From assembly GCA_964642615.1 (NCBI GenBank), contig CAZXSW010000007.1:2298-66297 (forward strand): a stretch of DNA of 64,000 bases, given 5' to 3'. The notes below the pieces were generated by a model. The model worked only from the letters and a program-made list of their open reading frames with translations. It ran no database searches and was not told the DNA's origin. Numbering within the stretch: position 1 is the first letter of the stretch; each line of letters begins with the position of its first letter. The DNA comes from an uncultured Rikenellaceae bacterium. GTDB lineage: Bacteria; Bacteroidota; Bacteroidia; Bacteroidales; VadinHA17. Position numbers and translations under genes: made by a program. Of this stretch, positions 9,269 to 19,401 are shown in pieces.

Positions 9269-10198
9269 ATGAAAACGCGTCATTACTTTTATTTGTTATT
9301 TCTGCTCTGCTTTGTAAGTACTGAACTTTCTGCCCAGCCTTTTACAGTTAAGCTATGGCCCGACGGCATACCAGGTTCAAAGACCGATGCAACATATATT
9401 GAGGAGATAATCACTGCTGAAGGCAGGATAACACGCTGCAACAGGGTTGTCAGCCCTGATCTTACTGTGTATCTTCCTCCTGCAGGCAAGGGGAACGGAG
9501 CAGCTGTGCTTATATGTCCCGGAGGCGGCTACAGTACCCTGGCGTTCGACCATGAAGGCAATGCCGTGGCCCGCTGGCTTAATGAAAATGGAATAGCAGG
9601 TATAGTTCTCAAGTACAGGCTACCTTCCGACAGGATCATGGAAAACAGATCTGTTGGTCCTCTGCAGGACGCCCAGGAAGCCATGAGGGTGATTAGGAGA
9701 AAAGCCGGCGAATGGCTTCTCGATCCCGCAAAGATCGGGGTTATAGGTTTTTCGGCAGGCGGGCATCTTGCATCGACCATTTCGACACATTATGCAGATA
9801 ATGTTTACAAGGTAAGTGACAATACAGATGCACGTCCTGATTTCTCGCTTCTTATATATCCTGTTATCTCAATGGACAGTACAATAACACATATGGGTTC
9901 GAGGACCAGCCTTATAGGAAGGAACGCCTCAGCGGAACTGGAAAAGCATTTTTCAAACGACAGGCAGATCACCTCTGACACACCTCCTGCTTTTCTTGTG
10001 CATTCGGCTGACGACCGTGTTGTGCCGGTGATGAACAGCCTGAACTATTTCAAAGGGGTCCAGGCACTGAGAATACCTTCTGAACTTCATGTTTTCCAGA
10101 AGGGCGGACATGGTTACGGTCTCGCATCAAATGGCGGAACTGAATCATCATGGCCCGATCTGTGCTTGAAATGGCTTAAGAGTATCGGGATTATCTGA
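9269..10198 (+). CDS. secreted alpha/beta-hydrolase carbohydrate esterase (BD-FAE / acetylxylan-esterase-like)
   Basis: The signal peptide MKTRHYFYLLFLLCFVSTELSAQ begins at the internal ATG at 9269 (track start 9239). It has the CPGGGY oxyanion motif, the GFSAGGH nucleophile elbow and a C-terminal D/H. Confidence 0.8.
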   Translation: MKTRHYFYLLFLLCFVSTELSAQPFTVKLWPDGIPGSKTDATYIEEIITAEGRITRCNRVVSPDLTVYLPPAGKGNGAAVLICPGGGYSTLAFDHEGNAVARWLNENGIAGIVLKYRLPSDRIMENRSVGPLQDAQEAMRVIRRKAGEWLLDPAKIGVIGFSAGGHLASTISTHYADNVYKVSDNTDARPDFSLLIYPVISMDSTITHMGSRTSLIGRNASAELEKHFSNDRQITSDTPPAFLVHSADDRVVPVMNSLNYFKGVQALRIPSELHVFQKGGHGYGLASNGGTESSWPDLCLKWLKSIGII

Positions 10199-10304
10199 AA
10201 ACCACGCTGATTAATCAGACTCTGCTTCTTTAAAGTGCCTGTAATTGGTGCAGGGATATACCTGAGAATAAGCTGACACAAAGCTGAACATTATACCCCC
10301 TTGT

Positions 10305-10787
10305 ATGGTCATAAACAACAGACTTGATAAGATTGCCGGACCTGCGGGTGTTTTCAGCGGTTACTGTCTGATGGCGGCCGGGATTTATGTATTGTCGTTT
10401 TCGTATATGGGACTCATACTGCTTCTTACAGGCGGTGTTTTATCGCTGTCATTTACCGGAACCCTGATTGACATGGAAGGAGGGAAGGTAAAACCCTACC
10501 TGGCCCTGTTCGGGATAATTAGATCAGGCAAGTGGTATGATCTGAAGAAGTTCGACAGTTTCAGGATTTACAGTTCAAGCAGGACATATACAGCTAACAG
10601 CAGGGCAAATATTCAGATGGATATAAAGAAAAGGGATATAAGGCTTGAAATAAGCAGCAGGGATATGGCAAGGGTTATTCTCAATAAATTCAGTTCATTT
10701 GAAGCCGCAAGGAAGGAGATGAAGGAGATGATGGAGAGCCAGTATCTTTCAGAACTCCGGGAAAGTAAGGATGCTATAAGGAAATGA
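10305..10787 (+). CDS. hypothetical membrane protein
   Basis: 160 aa with two N-terminal TM segments followed by a soluble domain. No motif recognised. Confidence 0.5.
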   Translation: MVINNRLDKIAGPAGVFSGYCLMAAGIYVLSFSYMGLILLLTGGVLSLSFTGTLIDMEGGKVKPYLALFGIIRSGKWYDLKKFDSFRIYSSSRTYTANSRANIQMDIKKRDIRLEISSRDMARVILNKFSSFEAARKEMKEMMESQYLSELRESKDAIRK

Positions 10788-10917
10788 TTGTATGCTTGTT
10801 TGATATTATTCTGACTGATCTGCAGTTAGAGTAAAAATGTCTCAAATAATTATTAAATACTTTGGCTGGTAAGACTAAGATGACTATCTTTCGGCGCTCA
10901 TTTAAAACCAATAAATT

Positions 10918-11889
10918 ATGCTACATTATAAAGAACTAGGATTAGTTAATTCAAGAGAATTGTTTCAGAAGGCTGTTAAGGGCGGATACGCAATTCCTGC
11001 CTTCAACTTTAACAATCTTGAGCAGATGCAGGCTATCATCAGTGCCTGTGTGGAAACAAAATCTCCTGTTATACTTCAGGTATCAAAAGGTGCACGTAAG
11101 TATGCCAACCAGACACTCCTTCAATATCTTGCAAAAGGTGCAGTCGAATATGCCAAGGAACTCGGCTATGCGATTCCCATTGTGCTTCATCTCGACCATG
11201 GTGATTCATTTGAGACCTGTAAATCGTGTATTGAAACAGGTTTCTCATCGGTTATGATCGACGGGTCACATTTCTCCTACGAGGAGAATGTCCGCCTGAC
11301 AAAGCAGGTTGTTGAGTTTGCTCATCAGTATGATGTTACTGTTGAGGGTGAGCTTGGTGTTCTCGCAGGCATAGAGGATGAAGTATCATCCGATCATACT
11401 TCATATACAAGGCCTGAAGAGGTTGAAGACTTTGTTAAGAAAACGGGAGTTGACTCACTTGCTATCTCAATAGGTACTTCACACGGTGCTTTCAAGTTCA
11501 AGGTAAAACCCGGAGAACTTCCTCCTCCTCTTCGTTTCGATATTCTTGAAGAGTGTGAAAAACGTATACCGGGTTTCCCGATAGTTCTTCACGGAGCTTC
11601 TTCTGTTCCCCAGGATATTGTTGCTGAGATCAACCAGTATGGAGGCAAAATGGAAAATGCAACCGGAGTATCTGAGGACCAGCTTCGCCGTGCCGCAGGT
11701 TCTGCAGTATGTAAAATAAATATAGACAGTGACGGCCGTCTGGCCATGACAGCTGCCGTACGAAAGGTGCTTGCCGAGAAGCCGGGTGAATTCGACCCGC
11801 GTAACTACCTCGGTCCTGCCCGCGACAAGCTGAAGGAACTCTACAAACACAAGATCAATAATGTGCTTGGCAGCGCCGGTAAGGCATAA
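10918..11889 (+). CDS. fbaA: class II fructose-1,6-bisphosphate aldolase
   Basis: 323 aa with AIPAFNFNN, LHLDHG, MIDGS and GTSHGAFKF motifs of class II FBA. Confidence 0.92.
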   Translation: MLHYKELGLVNSRELFQKAVKGGYAIPAFNFNNLEQMQAIISACVETKSPVILQVSKGARKYANQTLLQYLAKGAVEYAKELGYAIPIVLHLDHGDSFETCKSCIETGFSSVMIDGSHFSYEENVRLTKQVVEFAHQYDVTVEGELGVLAGIEDEVSSDHTSYTRPEEVEDFVKKTGVDSLAISIGTSHGAFKFKVKPGELPPPLRFDILEECEKRIPGFPIVLHGASSVPQDIVAEINQYGGKMENATGVSEDQLRRAAGSAVCKINIDSDGRLAMTAAVRKVLAEKPGEFDPRNYLGPARDKLKELYKHKINNVLGSAGKA

Positions 11890-11917
11890 GACTTCATAAT
11901 AAATTCAAATATTACAC

Positions 11918-11950
11918 CCTCCGGATCACTAAAACCGGGGGGTTTTTTTA
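11918..11950 (+). terminator. rho-independent terminator after fbaA
   Basis: CCTCCGG (11919-11925) pairs with CCGGGGG (11936-11942) including one G-U pair. The loop is 10 nt and the stem is followed by T7 at 11943-11949. Confidence 0.7.
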
Positions 11951-12058
11951 TTTTGCCCCCTGCAGCCACCCCCACAGAACCATTATGGAAAAATATCTTG
12001 CTGCTGCTGGCAGAAAGTCATAATTTCAATAAATTTATAAGTCCTAAAATGACAAGCT

Positions 12059-12298
12059 ATGATGAGGCATCTTGACAGAGGGAGTATTATAGTCATTCTA
12101 ATAACCTTTATCCTTTTTACAGCCGCTTTGTTCACAAAAGGCTTTACCCATGATCTGCTTCTCGAGGCAGGCGTTTTCCTGGTCTCGGTTAAACTGATAA
12201 TGATGGCCTATAAGAACAAACTGAATTATCTGGAAGTGAAAAAGGATCTGACTGAAATAAAGGAGTTGCTTGGGAAGGGCAGGGTTAAAAAATACTGA
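12059..12298 (+). CDS. hypothetical small membrane protein
   Basis: 79 aa with two hydrophobic segments and a charged tail. No motif recognised. Confidence 0.4.
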   Translation: MMRHLDRGSIIVILITFILFTAALFTKGFTHDLLLEAGVFLVSVKLIMMAYKNKLNYLEVKKDLTEIKELLGKGRVKKY

Positions 12299-12368
12299 TA
12301 TCCTGACGGTATCTCATGCATCCTGTTCCTGTCTGCAGTGAAGCTAAGGGTGTTCCTTTGTTTCCTGC

Positions 12369-14621
12369 TCAGTTAAACCAGTAGAGAAGCTTTACAGCCA
12401 CACCGTTGTTCTTTGTTGAGAAGTCACCTGTATAGGAATTGCTTGTGTACACTATGAACAGGTCAGAGACGGGAGCAAAGCGCCATTGAAAGCGGGCATT
12501 TATGTTAAGATTATCGATCTGGTCGTTGTACTGAATGAAGGTGGTGAGGAACAGTTTATCTGTAAAAGTCACGTCAAGCTTGGGACCAATGAGTATAAGT
12601 TCAGCACTGCTGTACGGATCGGGAAGAATTATGTTGTTGTAACTGGCGGCAAGCGATATACTGCCGTAGGGCTGAAACCTGTAACCTGCCGATGCCGAAG
12701 CATTCCATCGTTTTCCGTTATAATAGGTCCCGTAACCCCCCTCAACAGACCACGTGAAGAGGGTCCGCGAATCTGATCTGTAGCCTAGTTCAGCGCTCTT
12801 CCAGTTATAGGATTCTCCGGCAGGCAACCTCTCTCCGCCGGTATTTGTAGGATCGTATGACCTGTCAAGGAGGACGAAGGTTTCAGAAAGGTTGAGACTT
12901 ATCTGGCTTCTGTTTCTGAAGCCTATATTATACTGCAGACCTGTCTGCCTGTCAATCATTTCCATGGCCGGATCATAGATCAGATCAAAGTCGAACGTCG
13001 GTCCATGGCTCAGTACTATCCCTGAGGCAGGATAAAAGGAGTAACTCAAAGCAGGACTCAGTTCATAGTATCCGGTTCTTCTTATATAACCTGTTTCAGC
13101 ATTGAAATCGGCTCCCACCCAGGCGGCAGTTATCCCTGCCTTGAAAAATTGTGTCGAGTAGTTCAGGATACCTGAAGCAGCAGCTGCATTGGCCGATGCT
13201 CCCTGGTAAAATGACTGGTGGTAGAAAGCTTTTCCTGTCCATTTGTTATCCTGGCTTGCAAGATTATATTCCATACCTGCAACCCTGTTGAAGGTGTTGC
13301 CCGAAAATGAATCGGACAGGTCGCCTGTGACCTGTTTGTTTATGAAGAAAGCCGAAACGGACGAACGGCTGAAGACCTGGCGCTGTAACACCGCCACTGC
13401 ATAGTTTGCTCCAGTGAGGGTGTCCTTTTCCCCTGTCTGCATATCCATAAGCCCGACCCTCCATTTTTCGCCAAAGTTTCCACTTAACCTCAGTCCTCCC
13501 GTTACGGGGACATTAAGACCTATGCGACGGGTGAACATAGGACGTATACTTGCGCTTCCAAGACTTGCAAAGAGATCGCTGTTCTCAAGAAAGAACTGCC
13601 TTCGTTCAGGGAAAAAGAGCTCAAAGCGGTCGAGATTAGTGACCTGAACATCCTGTTCAACCTGTGAGTAGTCGGGGTTTACTGTTATGTCGAGGTTCAT
13701 TGATGAAGAGAGCATGACCTTCGCATCCAGGCCAACTCCTCCGGTCTTTGTTGCTTCTTCTTCAGAGAGGTGGTTCCGTGTCATCTTTCCCGACACATAG
13801 GGTATCAATGAAAATCTGAATCCAGGTTTTTCAAGGGGCTGATCCCATATAAGGGTACCGGTATAGGCAAGGTCGCAATGATTGAACTGCCTGGGCATGG
13901 GAGCCCAGGCGGACTTCTCGTTTGTCTTGAGGTCGAGGCGGCCGAAATTGATTCCCCACTGAGTATCTCCCTCCCTGTACCTGAGACTCCTGAAAGGTAT
14001 GCTGTATTCAATAACCCACATATCGTCATAGCTTTTGACTGCCGATTTCCACTTTGTATCCCAGCTTACCATTAACCTGCTGCCGTCGTAGATAAGATGA
14101 TCATACTGTGCCCCGGCAGCTGAAACATAAAATCCGAAACCATTGGTCTGGTCACTGAAGGTATCAAAGAAAAGGGCATAGTTATCACTTCCGAAAAATG
14201 AAAAATCGCGGCGCAACGACTGAATCGGCCTTTTCCCGGGAGTGGGATCGTAGCATATTGCCGCCATGTAAATGTTATTGTCATCATAGGCCAGCATTGA
14301 AATAGTCTGGGCTATTGCATAACCCGTGTCGGTGGGAGTGACACGCGTGAAGTTTTCAGCCCTTTCAGCGGTTTTCCATATAGCTTCATCAAGCTGACCG
14401 TCTATGTCAACCTTTTCAGTGGTTTTTTTTATATGGATCTGACGGGTAAGGTGATTCATACTCTCCGACTGGCCTGAGGCAGGCTTTACAAGCATAAATA
14501 ACACTGCAAGCATGAACGCCTTAGGTAATGATAGGGTGAGTAATATTGAAAAACCGGTACTAAAACCGTGTGCCTTCACCCTTTTCGGGAAGAAGGAAAT
14601 AACAGAAGAAACTACTGACAT
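12369..14621 (-). CDS. DUF5916-type outer-membrane protein with an N-terminal CBM9-like domain
   Basis: IDGQLDEAIW...NFT...DDNNIYMAA...DNYALFFDTF.DQTNGFGFYV resembles the CBM9/DOMON-like module. The long C-terminal part is beta-rich with alternating aromatic residues and ends in ...YWFN. I chose the start at ATG 14621 (MSVVSS..., signal-like); the track extends to 14729. Confidence 0.7.
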   Translation of the reverse strand: MSVVSSVISFFPKRVKAHGFSTGFSILLTLSLPKAFMLAVLFMLVKPASGQSESMNHLTRQIHIKKTTEKVDIDGQLDEAIWKTAERAENFTRVTPTDTGYAIAQTISMLAYDDNNIYMAAICYDPTPGKRPIQSLRRDFSFFGSDNYALFFDTFSDQTNGFGFYVSAAGAQYDHLIYDGSRLMVSWDTKWKSAVKSYDDMWVIEYSIPFRSLRYREGDTQWGINFGRLDLKTNEKSAWAPMPRQFNHCDLAYTGTLIWDQPLEKPGFRFSLIPYVSGKMTRNHLSEEEATKTGGVGLDAKVMLSSSMNLDITVNPDYSQVEQDVQVTNLDRFELFFPERRQFFLENSDLFASLGSASIRPMFTRRIGLNVPVTGGLRLSGNFGEKWRVGLMDMQTGEKDTLTGANYAVAVLQRQVFSRSSVSAFFINKQVTGDLSDSFSGNTFNRVAGMEYNLASQDNKWTGKAFYHQSFYQGASANAAAASGILNYSTQFFKAGITAAWVGADFNAETGYIRRTGYYELSPALSYSFYPASGIVLSHGPTFDFDLIYDPAMEMIDRQTGLQYNIGFRNRSQISLNLSETFVLLDRSYDPTNTGGERLPAGESYNWKSAELGYRSDSRTLFTWSVEGGYGTYYNGKRWNASASAGYRFQPYGSISLAASYNNIILPDPYSSAELILIGPKLDVTFTDKLFLTTFIQYNDQIDNLNINARFQWRFAPVSDLFIVYTSNSYTGDFSTKNNGVAVKLLYWFN

Positions 14622-14823
14622 GTAAATATAGATAAAATGAATCCCCTTTTTGTGGTTCAGGTTCAAAACTGAACTGCTGAAACCCACATGTATTGCACTC
14701 ACAAAATGGCATGCATAATTTTGATACATGTAGGTCCCATCAGACCATTAAAACCGAAAAATAAATAATGATGAAAATAGCAATTATTACTTTCAAACAT
14801 CAGTTAAATCTGAAAATAGAACA

Positions 14824-14855
14824 CGGGGAAGTATATGTTTTACAAAACATCCCCG
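14824..14855 (-). terminator. bulged hairpin downstream of the DUF5686 gene (possible terminator)
   Basis: The sequence is CGGGG-AAGTAT-ATGTTT-TACA-AAACAT-CCCCG. On the minus strand it is followed by moderately T-rich sequence. Confidence 0.35.
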
Positions 14856-14921
14856 GATAGGAACTCATAAACCCCTTAAAAGTTTCATTAACAAAAATAT
14901 AAACTAACTTATACCGCCTGG

Positions 14922-17477
14922 TCAGAGTGTGAATTCAAACATAAAACGGATACCGGTATGCGAGATGTATGGATTATCAAGGTAAGTGAAACGTTTAACA
15001 AGATCAATTCTGAACAGGTGAAGTATATTTGCTATTCCGGCACTTGCTTCAATATAGGGCCCGTTATACAGACTTTGGGTCAGGGAAGTGCCCGCAGCAT
15101 CAACAGGAAACCTTAGTAATCCTTCATTAACAGCCGGATCATTTGAAATATCCAGTTTTCCGAAAAGTATTTTACACGATAAGACTTCCCTCAGTTTCAA
15201 GCGGTTCAATAAAGGAATCTTATTAAAAATCAATCCATTGAAATTATGGTCAGCGTTTATGGCCAGATAACTGTCACTGACAAATTCAAGGAAATTCATC
15301 ATGTTATATGCACCGGTCTGGTAACCATAGGTCTGATTTGCCCTGTGCATAAAGAGTAGCGGATAGGAAACGGTTCCGAATATTTTTCCTGCCGTGGCGG
15401 AAATGTCGGAAACCCCCAGTAACGGAGTATAAAACCTCTTTTGTACTGTAAACTGCAGACGCAGGTAATCGTAGTCATTTCCTATAGATTTATGGCCAAG
15501 GGCATAGTCGAGTTCAAAAACAGGATGCCTGTTCCTGTACCTGTTTCTGTACAGGGCCTTCTGATAGAAACTTTCATTGGGTGCATATCTGAGGATCCCG
15601 TAAAGTTCAGATATTGTTATTCCTTCGTTTATCTCAGGTCCTGACAGATAATCTTCATAACTGAAACGGAGCTTTCCCCTGGCCGACTGATCAGTGTAAC
15701 TGTAGCCGGTCATCACTGAAAAGTGGCTCTCCCATTCATTAAGATATTCAATACGCAATGTTTTGTTCATCACGAATTTATCGTCAATGCCTCTTTTAAA
15801 GGAGGAAAAGAAGTTATTGTTGTCTGAAAACCTGAAATCCTGACCAGGTATAAGAAGGTCTTTTCTGTAGCTTACAGAGATTGATTTAACAGGAAACTCA
15901 TAGATTGTTTTTGGCGACAGGGAGAAGATCAGTCCAAGATTATATTTGAGATCCCTGTCGCCAAATCCGTATGCAATATAACTGTCGACTGTGATCCTTT
16001 TGCTGAAATCCTCTGTGGTTCTTCCTCCGAAGTACAGGCGGTTTCCCTCGGCCGGGTTAAAGCTGAAGAAATTATCTTCGGGCCCTAAGGCTACTTTCCC
16101 CAGATCTATAAGATCGTTGGGGAACATCATTATAAACTTCATCCATCTGCTGTACGAGGTTATGTTGTTAATGCTGTCAATAGTAGACCGCAGCTCACTT
16201 TCAGATCTTCCCAGAGCTACAGGACGGATGTTTTCAACAAATCCGGGCCTCTTATGTTGGTCAACAAGATTTTCTGTTTCTGAGGGTCCTGTGAAAATAT
16301 CTCCGCCGGGAGATTTGTTTATTACAAAGCTGTCGAAAGTCCTGATTCTGGTACCTGTCAGGCCTGCCATCTCAGCTTTTAACCCGAAATCGACAGATAT
16401 CTCTTCTCTTGAGGGTAGCCAGTCATTATCCTTTGTCTCTATGAAATCCTGTGTTATTCTGATATCCCTTATCCAGTCGAGGTTAATCTGCCTGTTCAGG
16501 CTCATTTCAATCTTTTTTACTGCAAAGCTGCTGGCGGGGATTATCCAGAGATATCCTTCAAAAAGATGATCTGCCCTGTTCCGGGGTTCAAAACGCAGCC
16601 TGATACATTCTGTATTATCAATGAATACCGTATCGGTAATGAAGAATTTATAGAAGAGGGGACCTGATCCGGCCACCGGACTTATGAACCTGTTATTGAG
16701 AAAAAGGATCTCATTGTCGTATATGTTAATATCCTGATAGAAGTAGTTGATTTTTTCTGAAATGCCCCTTGTGTCTGTAAACCGTCCCGGATTAAAATTG
16801 TTTATGGCACGGGTGATCTCTTTTACAGCCAGGGGATCTTTTCTGAAATAATGATCCGAGATCTTTTCACTGAGGTACAGGAGCAGCCCTGTTTTTCCTT
16901 CTATCCCTGCCGAAAAGGTTGTGTCAAAGGCAAAACTCATTTTTTTAAAGAGTCTTTTTACTGATGCTTCCCTAAGGCTGGTCAGGGCAAAGCTTATCTT
17001 TTCATACTTCCTGTATTCAAGGAAATCATACTTTTCCTTCCTGTTAAGATTGCGGTTGTCAGTAACTTTACCTATCAGATCAACAGCCGGATTATTCCTG
17101 TTACTGTACTTCCTTCGGGGCGATTTTATTTCTACTTCGCCGATGTCGATTGATGAAAACGACATCGTCACATTTACAACCTGTGAAACTCCCGGAACAA
17201 GTTTTACTGATATGGTATCATAGCCTGTAAATCTGAAAATTATTCTCTCATAACCCGATGTAGTTTCAATTCTGTATTTCCCGTCACTGCCTGTGAAGAC
17301 AGCGGTTCCTGAATTAACAAACCCTGCAAAAGCACCTTCAAGGGGCAGACCTGTTCTGATATCAGTTACTGTCCCTTCAACCTTTGTTGTAGCAGCAGTC
17401 TGGCTGTTTACTTCAGTGAGAGGCAGAACAGCAAAGAGGATAAAAGCAAATATTGACAGTATTCTTGTGAAATACAT
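14922..17477 (-). CDS. CarboxypepD_reg plus DUF5686 domain outer-membrane protein
   Basis: The signal peptide MYFTRILSIFAFILFAVLPLTEVNSQ starts at ATG 17477 (track start 17555). VEGTVTD..TGLPLEGA....G....TGSDGKYRI is the carboxypeptidase-regulatory-like fold. The large C-terminal beta-rich domain ends in an aromatic residue. Confidence 0.75.
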   Translation of the reverse strand: MYFTRILSIFAFILFAVLPLTEVNSQTAATTKVEGTVTDIRTGLPLEGAFAGFVNSGTAVFTGSDGKYRIETTSGYERIIFRFTGYDTISVKLVPGVSQVVNVTMSFSSIDIGEVEIKSPRRKYSNRNNPAVDLIGKVTDNRNLNRKEKYDFLEYRKYEKISFALTSLREASVKRLFKKMSFAFDTTFSAGIEGKTGLLLYLSEKISDHYFRKDPLAVKEITRAINNFNPGRFTDTRGISEKINYFYQDINIYDNEILFLNNRFISPVAGSGPLFYKFFITDTVFIDNTECIRLRFEPRNRADHLFEGYLWIIPASSFAVKKIEMSLNRQINLDWIRDIRITQDFIETKDNDWLPSREEISVDFGLKAEMAGLTGTRIRTFDSFVINKSPGGDIFTGPSETENLVDQHKRPGFVENIRPVALGRSESELRSTIDSINNITSYSRWMKFIMMFPNDLIDLGKVALGPEDNFFSFNPAEGNRLYFGGRTTEDFSKRITVDSYIAYGFGDRDLKYNLGLIFSLSPKTIYEFPVKSISVSYRKDLLIPGQDFRFSDNNNFFSSFKRGIDDKFVMNKTLRIEYLNEWESHFSVMTGYSYTDQSARGKLRFSYEDYLSGPEINEGITISELYGILRYAPNESFYQKALYRNRYRNRHPVFELDYALGHKSIGNDYDYLRLQFTVQKRFYTPLLGVSDISATAGKIFGTVSYPLLFMHRANQTYGYQTGAYNMMNFLEFVSDSYLAINADHNFNGLIFNKIPLLNRLKLREVLSCKILFGKLDISNDPAVNEGLLRFPVDAAGTSLTQSLYNGPYIEASAGIANILHLFRIDLVKRFTYLDNPYISHTGIRFMFEFTL

Positions 17478-17947
17478 AAAAACCCTGAAACCCTGATTAT
17501 GGAATTTTGCGGCAAAGTAACAATTTTGCGGGTTAATAAATGAGTTCTTTGGCATAGTTCTGATTGAAGTGATTTATAGGCTTGATTATCAGGATAATGG
17601 TTGAGGAAACATTGGTCACTTATTTAGTGTCGTTTGTCAAAAGCAAAGAATATAAAAAGCAAAGCGTGGGTTGAATACTTGATAGTGCTATAGTTCATAT
17701 AATCAGCGCTTTAAAATATTTTGTAATTATCTTAAACACTAATATCAGCTACTTTAAAGGTTTAAGCGGGGAAGTGTTTGACAAACATATGGATAATGGT
17801 TATTAACATATGTTTGCAGTATATGGCCAGCTCAGCGGAACCGAAATCTAGTCTGATTTTCATGTCTTTTTACCACTATAAGGGAAGTGTTGATTTGACA
17901 GTGCAGTTGGGTGTGGGTATTTTCATTGAATCAAAAAAGGAGGGGAG

Positions 17948-18115
17948 ATGAAGGTACACTATCAGATTATTTCAGAGGAGACCGGGAGAGTTCTTCTTAG
18001 AAACAGGAAGATTGCAAAATCTCTGCGCTGGTGGCTGAGGGAAAACGGTTTTTCTTTTCAGCATTCTTTTTTTATCCCGAGGTCATTCTATCTGTATAAG
18101 TCGATCGGGGTATAA
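17948..18115 (+). CDS. possible small ORF (55 aa) in a 700-bp non-coding region
   Basis: Translation: MKVHYQIISEETGRVLLRNRKIAKSLRWWLRENGFSFQHSFFIPRSFYLYKSIGV. It is preceded by AAAAAAGGAGGGGAG-ATG, a strong Shine-Dalgarno-like sequence that is atypical for this genome. I recognise no homology. Confidence 0.25.
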   Translation: MKVHYQIISEETGRVLLRNRKIAKSLRWWLRENGFSFQHSFFIPRSFYLYKSIGV

Positions 18116-18154
18116 GCATGTTAATTACAGCCATGGACGTCCGGACGTATTGAG

Positions 18155-18204
18155 AAAAAAAGGCATCCGGACCGTTTCTCCCTGCAGGAGACGTGTCCGG
18201 ATGC
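18155..18204 (-). terminator. rho-independent terminator after the DUF362 gene
   Basis: A perfect 10-bp stem GCATCCGGAC (18163-18172) / GTCCGGATGC (18195-18204) is followed on the minus strand by T7 (plus-strand A-run 18155-18161). Confidence 0.7.
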
Positions 18205-18264
18205 AATATTGTAAGAGACCTTTCAGATCCGGGGGTCGGAATATTATGCGACCCGTATAAATAT

Positions 18265-19401
18265 CTAGTTTCTCTGAGGCTGGGCCGGTTGTCCCGGAGC
18301 TGCAGGCCGGTTCGTTCCCGGCAGTTCAAGCGGATCTTTCCACTGCAGCTGGTTGGTGGCATTGGAGTGCAGTTTATATTTTATTATATGATTATCTGGA
18401 TTTGCACTGCCTATAATATCAATTTTGCTGCGGTCAATAATTCCAAGTCCTGCAGCTTCCATGTAATTGAGGTATCCCACGTCGGACAGGGGGATATCCA
18501 TCAGTTTGCAGCAAATGCTGTCGACTGAGGCGGGATCCAGGCCTGCCAGGGCTATCCTGTGGTCAACGGCGGTACCGCTTACAGGTCCGTTTCCTTCCAT
18601 TCCTTCAACACCGTCAATTATTGAAAAGTCGGGTTTGATATGTTGTGCCACCTGGTACATGTTATAATGCAGCCATCTTGATCCGGCCGCATGCATGCTG
18701 CGCTTATAGTTTACAGGTTTGTTCCCTTCCGATGCCGGAAGGTTGTGGGGAGCACCCAGAAGAATGTTCTTCACGGCGCCCGTCATCACCACGGTGTCGT
18801 GAGTCTTAAGCCTCGATATCGTTATAATGTAGTATGAAGGATCGAGGAATATATCGGCAATCTGTATCTTGTCGAGATGCAGATCCCTATTCATTATGAA
18901 GAGAGGTTTGCCGGGTGTTGTATTAAGATCGAGAAACCTGATATTATAGTCCTTTGCAAGTTCAAGGTAACCATAGTTCTTGAAACCTTCTGATGGATTT
19001 GGCGTTGCACTTGATTCGGCAATAATGATCTGTCCTTTGTAAATGGGCTTCATATACTCAAGAAGAGCTCTTAAGGCATCAACAGGTGTTGCACAGAGTT
19101 CATTATTGGTAACAACCATGTTTGGTTTGATAACAAGTTGTTTTCCCTTGAGACCCTTACGGATCTCACTCTCGAAAGGTCTGATAACCTCATGGATCAT
19201 CTGCTGACGGTCGGTACCTGTTGTAAAAGCAACCGGGCTGTGTCCCGGGATTTCCGGTAACCTGATTTTTGGTTTATCGAGCATTGGCTCGGCTGCAATG
19301 ATGTCACTGAACCCTCCGACCAGCATGGCAGCAGAACTGAGTCCCAGCATTTTAAGGGCACTCCTCCTTTTAATAAGTATTTGATTTTCTTTGCTGTTCA
19401 T
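18265..19401 (-). CDS. DUF362 domain protein with a twin-arginine (Tat) signal peptide
   Basis: 378 aa. The N-terminus is KRRSALKMLGLSSAAMLVGG (RR motif plus h-region). The LVIKPNMV...IIAESSA core is typical of DUF362. The tail is Pro/Gln-rich. Confidence 0.75.
   Translation of the reverse strand: MNSKENQILIKRRSALKMLGLSSAAMLVGGFSDIIAAEPMLDKPKIRLPEIPGHSPVAFTTGTDRQQMIHEVIRPFESEIRKGLKGKQLVIKPNMVVTNNELCATPVDALRALLEYMKPIYKGQIIIAESSATPNPSEGFKNYGYLELAKDYNIRFLDLNTTPGKPLFIMNRDLHLDKIQIADIFLDPSYYIITISRLKTHDTVVMTGAVKNILLGAPHNLPASEGNKPVNYKRSMHAAGSRWLHYNMYQVAQHIKPDFSIIDGVEGMEGNGPVSGTAVDHRIALAGLDPASVDSICCKLMDIPLSDVGYLNYMEAAGLGIIDRSKIDIIGSANPDNHIIKYKLHSNATNQLQWKDPLELPGTNRPAAPGQPAQPQRN

Noticed and set aside
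15991-16569. 192-aa plus-strand ORF
   Set aside because: It lies entirely antisense within the 851-aa DUF5686 gene. It has no recognisable motifs and a Ser/Leu/Pro-rich composition typical of shadow frames.
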